Assembly: GCA_043812915.1 (NCBI GenBank)
Contig: JBDRLQ010000003.1
Coordinates: 61,870 to 125,869 of the forward strand
Length of the DNA: 64,000 nucleotides
Direction of reading: 5' to 3'
Origin: Candidatus Micrarchaeota archaeon
GTDB taxonomy: Archaea > Micrarchaeota > Micrarchaeia > Anstonellales > Bilamarchaeaceae
This document shows, piece after piece, positions 42,601 to 51,600 of the stretch. Position 1 is the first letter of the stretch. Each line of letters starts with the position of its first letter. The notes beneath the pieces are model-generated. The model did not search any database, had not been told where the DNA came from, and saw nothing but the letters and a program-made list of their open reading frames with translations. The position numbers and the translations under genes were made by a program.

Positions 42601-45600
42601 GGAGCTCAGCATAGCGCTCGAGTATCTCCACCCTTCCGCGGGCCTGTCCCTCAAGAACCTGTGCATTGGCCCTTCCGGCAGCTTCGCCTTCGGGAAGCAT
42701 CTCCAGAATGCTAAGCATATCCTCATGCATGGACCTTGCAGATTCCAACTGCTCACGGATGTTATCCTGAAGGGTTCTCATATCGGCGCTCGACATGCTC
42801 ACCCGGTATCCTTCAAGGGCATCCTGCGCGCTGAGTATCAATGCCCGCTCAGTGTCCGTTGCAGCATCAGGAATCGGCTCCGCCCTTCCGACATGGACTG
42901 CGATTGCATCCAGGACCTCCCTGGAGCTGCCAAGCCTCTCCAGGTTCGCGACCTGCTCATCAGAGAGAAGGCGTGTAATCTGTTGATAAACCTGGAGCGC
43001 TGGGCTTCCTTCCTCGAAGTTTGCGCGCGCCCCGGTTCCATGATTTGCAACCGTCTCCGCAATTTCCACCATGATATCCATTTCATCCTCGGTGAACCTC
43101 CTGGTCGGAACGTCCTCATGAACGAATGACTGCCCGTCCTCGCTTACCCTGAATCCAAGTTCCGCATAAGTCTGCATCCCCTCAAAGAGCGACTCGTTTA
43201 GAAGCTCCTGCATCTCCTGCGAAACGGGCTCCGGAGCGGGCCTTACAACTTCCGGCTGCGGAGGCGGGGGTGCGCCGGTCAGTTCCTCTGCCCCGGCTGC
43301 AATCTGCTCTGCAACAGGCTCAACTTCGGCCTCCTGGCGCACAATCGCCTCCGGTTCAGGCCCTGTAATTATTTCGGATGGCGCGCGCAGCAGCCCTTCT
43401 TCCCTTGCAGGAGCCCTTGCCATACGCTCTGCCTCCTGGCGCAAGGCACTGGCCGAGCCTTCAAGTATTGCCGCCTGCTCATTGAGCCTCGAAGCCTCCG
43501 ACTGCAGTGGCGCTGCGCGCTCGGGGTCGCTCCTTGCCAATATCGCATCTTCAGCAAGGCTGTCCGCGCGGGCGCGGAGCTCAGCGGCATCTTCAGTTCT
43601 GGAGTCCGCTAGCCTTGTCAAATAATCAGCATCGATTCCTTCTGTTCCTGCAAGGCGCCTTGCTTGAACCGCGTATGACAAGTCCCGGATATCGCGTGAG
43701 ACCCCCCCAACATAACCAGCCCTCTCAAGGCCGAGCATTGCTCTCGTTCTGGAATCGCCGTCACGCACTGCCATCCTGAAAACCGGGTCGGTGACAAGCT
43801 GCTCCATCTGCCTCCTGTATCTTTCAGGAACTGTGTTCGCAATAGCCTCTGTCCTCTGCTCTCGTGGGAGTGCAAGTATCCTCTCTCCATTAGTCACCAA
43901 TTCGGAAGCAATGCTAAGATGCTCGGGAGCAATTGGAATTGCCTGACCACCATCTCCGAGCGCAAGCCCTCCGCCCTCCGCCATTGGGGTGAGCTGCTCT
44001 TCTATGCTGGCGCGCGTTGCCTGCACTGCCATCTCCTGCTCAACTTCAATCCTTGCCTGCGCTTCCTCGCGCAATTGCCCTGCGGAATACTCAAGCGTCT
44101 GCGCGCGCTCGTTGAGCCTTGATGCCCTGCCTCTCATCTCCTGCGCCACCTCAGGCTGTCCCGCTCTCTCATGCATCAGGGCTTCTTCGGAAAGACCATC
44201 TGCCCGTTCCCTGAGCTGCGCAGCCTCTTCAGTCCTGGAAGCGGCAATATCGAGCATGTGCGATGCCAATTCATCCGGGCTCTCGGCAATCCTCCTTGCC
44301 TCCACAGCGTAAGCGCTGTCAATTACCTCGCGCGATACTCCCTCTACATATCCTGTCCGCTCAAGCCCGAGCAGAATCTGCTCCCTCCTTTCGGGGCCGC
44401 CCTCGGCACGTGTGGCCCTCCTGAAATGAGGGTCTGTGGCCAGGCGCTCGACCTGAGCCCTCAGGCTCTCTGGCACCGCGGCGAGTGCGGCATCGCGCTG
44501 CTCTCCCCTTGGCGTGCGGAGAACTCTCTCAGTATACGCAACAAGCTCTGATGCAATCCGGACGTGCTCAGGAGTAAAATGAATCGCGGTATCGCCTTCA
44601 CCCAGCGTGAATGTCCGGACGTCTCCTGCAGGCGGAATAAGTACATTCTGCTCAGCAGCGTCCATGCGAACGGCAAGCGCATCCCTGCGGATTGCCATCG
44701 CTTCTGCCCTCGCTGCGCCTGGCGGAGGTGCCGGAGCCGCCAGGGCTGGTTCAGGAGTGACATCCGGGGCTGGAGCAACTTCGAGAGTTGGCGTAGTTGG
44801 TGTGGGCGGGGCGGTTGGCGGGGTAGGTGGCGGTTCCCCTCCTCTGCTTACCTGGTCAAGGGCGAATTGGTAAGCTTCTGCCTCACTCATCGGCCCGCTC
44901 TCAATTGGCCTGCGGATTCCGTCATCGCCGACCCGCATCCCTTCGCGCGCATCAGCGTATCTTTGCTGGAATTCAGAGAGGTCCTGATATGGCATGCCAC
45001 CTTGCGCATAAGCATCGAAATGGGATTCAAGTATTGAGATTCTGGCTTCAGTCGCCCCCGGACTATCAGCCCTCAGGAACGCATCGAAAGCAGGAACTGG
45101 TTCTCCTGACCGAACAGCGGCATCGCAATGTTCCCTATAGGAAGTAAGGACATCCGCTTCCTGGGATTCGGTGAGGCGGATTCCCCGGCCGTCCAGCTCC
45201 CTCACGTATGAAAGATAGCTCTCCTGCGCATCGGATAATCTTACCCCTTCATGGGCCCTGCGCCCCGGCAGCGCTCTTCTCTCGGCTCCGGGAAGCCTCG
45301 AGAATTCCATGTTCGCCCGCATGCCAGAAAGAGCCGCGGCATGGGCCTCCCGGCTGTCAAACGGAGTTCCGAAAATCGCAGCCTCGAAGAACTGTGCTGT
45401 CCTTGAGCGGTAAACTGGTGTGCCCCTCCTGCCTGCAATCGCGGTGCGCCTTGCCTGCATGCCGAACTGAACCGGCTGCAGCACTGTCTGCGCGAGGGAA
45501 ACAATCGCGACCATCATATGGGTCTGCCCGCTGCGGACCGCCTCAATCATGCCCGGGGCCTCGATTATCGCCTGCATCGTTCCTCCTGCCATTAAGCCCA

Positions 45601-48600
45601 TTCCGGCTAAGTGCACAATCCGTTGGGCCCTGCTCATCTGCCCCCAATGAGGTGTGAAAACAGCGGCCGCGAGCCTCTGATTGAATGTCGCCGTCCTCGC
45701 AAGCGGAGACACAACGCTCGGCGCAGACCTAAGCGCGGCCTGCTCCGCAAAGGCAACAGGCATGGTCGCAGCTGAAGCGAATCCGAGCCCCATGGAAGCT
45801 ATCATCATCCCGGTCTGCATATAAAGCTCCGGTGTCATAACTCCTGTCTGCTGGTACTGCTGCGCAATCCCTGGCAGCTGGGTAACCAGCGGAATCTCGG
45901 CTGCGATAATCATTCCGAGCGGGTTGCCGGTTGCAATAAGCGCTCCGGAGAGTACGACCTCGCCGACAATCTTGCTCGATTCGTATACTCCTCTCCAGAA
46001 TCGCATCTCTCCAATCGCAGCCCGTGTTGCTGAATCAGCGTCTTCCATCCGCCAGGTCACTCCACTAGGACGCCTGACGAACTCACCGCTATTGCCAAGC
46101 GCGATGCGGGAATCGCGAAGCGCTCTTTCTAGAGGTACGGGCTCTTCCGCGACCTCCCTCATCGTGACTGCGCTCAATGCGTCATTTGCGCGCCTGTGCC
46201 GGTACTGCATCCTGCGCAGGAAGCTGTCCATCCCAGCGCTGCCTATGCTGACATTGTGCTCAAGGAGGGTGTCAAGAAGAGCGCCGTTGAGCAGTCCCGT
46301 TTGCTGGCGGATTTCCCGTATCCTTGCCCGCTCCTCATCGGTTAGTTCGGAGAGTGGCATGCGCCCAAGCCCGTATGTGCCATCGCCATGGTCATAAACG
46401 CGGACGCCTAGCATGGTCAGGTCCATGGTGGTCCTTCCCTCAGCGATTTCGCGCATCGTGGCCCCGACATTCACTTCCTCAGCGGCCTCTGCATAATCCT
46501 CATATTCGCGGAATCTCCTTATGTTGAGCTCGCGCATCGCGCTGGCGACCCCGCTTGGCATTCCCCCCATCCCGCGCGTGGATACTAGCAGCCCGCCATC
46601 AGGGGTTGCGTGCCACGAGCGGCTGACCCCCCGGTGCTCGAACATCTCAATATAGAGGGGCTCGTTGTTGACCAGCATGTCGTAGAACCTGGCATCAACG
46701 CCCTCGCGCATCGCGCCCCTTGCCAGCGCTATCGCCCATGCCGCATGGCTCCTGTGGGCATCGAAGTTGAATCTTCCGTACTGGTCCCTTGCCCCCTCGA
46801 CCCTTGAGAGCTCGACACGGTCGGCCAGGCGCAAATCCTCCTGCGCGCTCGAGAGCATCATCCTTGCAAATGACCAGGCAACTTCCCTCTGCCTCTCCCT
46901 GCCGCTTGTCCTGTGCGCGGCCAATTCCGCAGCAAGCTGGAACTGCTCGGCTATGGAGAATCCTGTTTCGTGCGGCGGGGAGTCCGCTATACTCCCAACA
47001 ACCGTGCCAAGCAGCTCCGCATTCCTGAGAATTCCCTGGAAAATCCGGTTCGCAAGCTCTGCTCCTCCCCTCGGGTCTGAAATGCTGGTTTCATCCATCT
47101 GCCTTGCCAGCTGCGCATAGGTCAGCTCGGTTCCAGGAACCAGCTGCTCCCTCTGCTCATCGGACATCCTCGAGACCATCTCAAGAACGCTGTCCGTGGT
47201 TGCCGCAAGGATGGCGCCGCCAGCAAGCAATTGATTCCGTGCGGATGCGAATTCCCCTGCAGTGCCCCTCAGATCATCCGCGCTGCGCAGCATGCTGCGG
47301 CGCATGTCCTCAAGAGGGGTTTCGAACACTTCATTGCGGTCCTGCCTCTGCGCCCTTGGGGTCGGGTCCTCGCTGGTTGTTGGAGCGCCCTCCATCAGCT
47401 CTCTCCTCAGGCCGATTGCCTCCAGCTCGCGCCTCCATGCCTGATATCTGAAGCCGAGCCTCCTGCTGTCAGCGCTCTGCGCAGCGGCCGCTCGCATCCT
47501 GTCTCCGGTTACTGCCGCGAGCGCGGACTGGGCATCCCCGAGCCTGCCTGAATCTGCAAGCTGCAGGGCTGAAACAACCCTTCCATCCAGCCATTCCCCA
47601 TCGTAGTAGACCGTATCCCTTCCGACAACCTCGGACATCGGCCTTGCCGGAGCCCCTGGGAATCCGACCCTCTCGCGCAGCAGCTCCCTGCGCAGGGCAA
47701 GAAGCTCGCGGTATTCCGGGGAGCCGGGATTGATTGTCGGTGGGAGGCGGCTGAGCCTCCCGGCGTATTCTCCGGAATCGCCCAGGTACCCTGCCATCGT
47801 GAGCACTTCATCCCTCACCCTCGCAATATCCTCCGTGGTGGCAGGCTCCCAATCCGATGCTAGCCGGTCAAGGTATTCCTCTTCTCCGGGTGCGCCGGAA
47901 TAAATCGGAACTTCCTCTCCGATTGCGACCGGCCGGTCAATTGCCCCGAAGAACTCGGTCCTTGCAGCGCGGCCGGTAATCCTGATGTCAACCCTCTCAT
48001 GCGCTCCCCTAAGCCTGAATGCGACAAGGCCGGTCTGCTCACTTGCCTGCCTGAAGTCTTCTGCTAGCCATATGCCTCGGACGCGCTGGTACTCTGATTC
48101 GAAATGCGCTGCATCGTAAATCTGCCTTCCCCGCTCATCGACTACGTGGAGGTGCCCCATGCTAGCAACATCATCATAGAGGCTCTGGAGGGAAGCAAGG
48201 TTGCCTCTTGCCCTCTCAAACATTCTTTCATACTGTTCGCGGCGGACTCTTCCCTCTCCGGTTGCCGGCAGGGTGCTGATCATCCTTCCGATCCTATCCT
48301 CAAGGCCCTCGATGTTCCTCTCATGAATGCTTTCCCTGGCGTTCCGGAGGCCGCGGTCACGTGTCGCCTGCGTCGCCTCGAGCGCACGGACTGCAACGGT
48401 GCCCAGCCCAACAAGGCTTCTTGCGTGCGCATCCAGCGTCCTCTCCCTCTCCTCGGTCAGCTCAACCGGCTCCCCGCCCCTGGCAATCTCGTTGCCAAGA
48501 AGGTCCACATCATGCCCTCTTGCCAGCCCGATTGCGACATGCGTTCCGGTGTAGAGCTCAAACCTTCCGCGGTGCCTCCTGCGCACAGTGAGCGCAACGC

Positions 48601-51600
48601 TCCGGTCGAATGTCTCTGCTCCATCGAGCACCTGCGCCGCGCACTCGAAATGCCCATCCGCCTCCCGCATGGCCATCCCTCCATGAACCTGGAGCAGCTG
48701 GTCATATAATGTTCTGAGGGCATCCTCTCTTCCATCCGAATCCTCAATCGCCCGTGCGGATTCCACCTGCTGCGAGAACTGGGCCCTTGCCCGCTCGGGC
48801 AGCGCGGCGGTTAGTTCCTCTATCCTGCTGTTTACTGTTTCCATGTCAGCGGTGGCAGAGCGCTGCGCCTCGTCAAGGAATCCGTGCGCCCTCTCTCGCG
48901 CCTCCGCGCCAGAGCGATAAGTGTCTCTTGCGACAGTCGCGGCAAGCCCGGTAAACTCAGTTGAAACCATTGATGCCTGGAAATCATAATGCCTGGCAAG
49001 GGCATCACCGCCTCCCCCTCTCACCCTTGCAGCAAGCTGGCCAAGCCTCGCAGCTTCCCTCTCATATCTGGTAGAGTCAGCAGACTCAAGGCCGCGGCAG
49101 CGAAGCTCGAAGCTTGCCCGTTCAAAGCCCCTCATGTGCATTCTTGTGGTCGATGCGAACTGCTGGACCTCTGCGAGCGCGCCCTGGGCGTCCCCATCTG
49201 CAAGCGAGCCGACAAGCGAGTTCCTGCCCATTGCCTCTTCGATTAGCGCCGAGCCTAGCGGGGCATCAACAGAGCCTTCATCCAGGCGTAATGCCTCCCT
49301 TCCTTCAGCCCCAAGGTCAGCAATCCTCCGTCCTCCTAGCAGCCTGCCGCTTCTGTAATCTCCAAGCTGGGACTGCACGAATTCCATCGCTTCTGTGCGC
49401 GCACTCCTTTCCTCATCTCTCAAACCGGAGACATCCTTGTTCGCCCAGGAAGCGTACATCACTGCAGCTTCGCGGACCGCCTCCGCAGTGTCCGGGCTCC
49501 TCCCGGAGGCTGCCTGCAGGGCGAAATCGAAATACGCCCGCACGTTGCGCAGCTCCCTTGCATCGGTTGTATTGCTCTCATGCTCTGCCCTCAGTCGCTG
49601 CACTTCAAAAACGGATGCGGCAACCTGGCCGTCAATCCTGCCTTCATGCAGCTGCCTGGCAGTATCAAGAACTACCGCGCGCTCGCGAGCCTCTGTAACT
49701 GAAGATCTCCCCAGCTCAAAGTATGCGGTGGCCGCCTGGCGGTATGTAGTGCCAGAATCGAAATCGCCATCAATAATCGCGTCGATGGAAAATCCGTAAA
49801 TTTCTGAAATCTCGCTCCTGAATTCCGGCTGCCTGGTGCTGCCAAGCTGCTCCAGCATCGCGGTTCCGCTCTGCACTAGCTGGTCCACACGGTCATTCGC
49901 CTCAGCAATCAGGTTCTGCCTGGCAATCTCGTCTAAGGCCTGGTCCTCGGTCATCTCAGGGTTGCTTCCTCTGATCCTTTCGACCATCACTTCGGTTCCC
50001 CGCCTCACTCCTGCATCCTGATCCATCTGCTGCTCGAGTTCCATTCTTCTGGCTGTCACCTGCTCATCGGTGACAAGTTCCCCACTGGCAATTCCGGCTC
50101 TTGCTTCCTCGAGTGCTGAAACCAGCCTTCCCATCTGCTCGGCGCCTGCCGTGTGCCGCAGGAGCGCCCGCGCATTTCCAGAAGTGAATTCCCGAATCTG
50201 ATTATCAAGCATGAAGTACTGCTCCGCGCTGGCAAGAACCTGCTCACCGCCGCTCTGGAGCCTTCCTGAGAGCTGCTCAATCTCGACCCTCTGCACGGAT
50301 TCGGCCTCTACAAAACGCACTGCCAGGTCCATCTGGGCCCTTGCGACCCTGACGTCTCCTCCATCCTCAAGGACCTGCAGGCCGCGCGCGTATATAGCAG
50401 TTGCTCCTTCGCTCACTTCTGGCGAAGGAGAACGTGCGGCCCCAAGCCGCGCTGTCACGCTCTCGGCAATATCGAGCGCTGCCCTTGCCCTCTGCAAGTC
50501 CGCAAGACCGTCGGCGTCTCTTGCCGATGCCGCGATTCTACCCAATCTCTCCCGCGCGTCCCCTGCCAATGTCCCTGCGCTCTCTTCCAGCCTTCCTGCA
50601 AAACGTTCTGCGAGCGTGGAAACAAGCGCCCCCTCTGCCGCTGTGCGCTGTCCCCTTATCGCGTCCGTTGCTTCCTCTTCCGGTCTGTACAGCTGCCTCA
50701 CTGATGCAACCCGGGATGCGAGCTCTCTCCTGTAAGCGGAATCTCCTCTTTCCTGGTGCCGCACCATTTCATCAGAAGCCAGCATGAGCGTATCATAAGT
50801 TTCCATGCCCCCCCCGGATGCAAGGACATCTAGCGCGGCGCCGTAAGTCCTTTCAACCTGCTGCCTTACCGCGTCGGTGCGGATTGTGGCCAGGTCATCA
50901 ACCATCCTGCCAATATCGAGTGTGCGCCTTGACATCCTGGCAATCTCATCCGCACCCACCTGCGACGCATCTTCCCTCAGGCGCGCAAGCATGCCGTCCA
51001 GGTCGCTGATTGCCCTTTCAATCTGGCTGCGCATCTCGCCCTGGCGCATGCCCTCCAGGCTTTCCATGAGTGTCTGCCTTTGGTAGCCAAAGGCGCTCTG
51101 GACCGCCTCCGTCCTCTCGGTGCGCAGCTCCTGCATTGCGTCCGAGAAGTTGTCCATCGCGGCCCCTGCCTGCCCAGTGTCCAGCTCAGCCTCGGGGGTT
51201 GCGAACCTTTCCATACCGGCAGTCAGCTGCATGAGGGCCGTTGAACCTGCTGGGCTGAGCAGTATCTCCCGGTTCTCTATGAATGTGTGGGCGCCGCGCA
51301 GTATCAGCTCTCCCCTTGCCTGCTCTTCTGTTCCGAAAAACTGAAGGCCTGCAGCAGTGTGCTCTATGAAACTCTCGGGGGCTCCTGCGACAGAGAGTTC
51401 CCGTATTGTGCGGACGATGTCCGGAAGCCTCTCAATCCTGAGGCGCGCCTGCTCAAGAAGCTCGTTTGCGCGCTCTCTATCTTCTGCAGAAACCCTCCCT
51501 TCCTCAGGATGGAGCAGTGTCTGCGCTTCGGTAATCTGCTCTCTTAGAATGTCAAGCTGCTGGTCCAGCCCCGGCACATGCTCGAACGCGTCCAGGCTTC

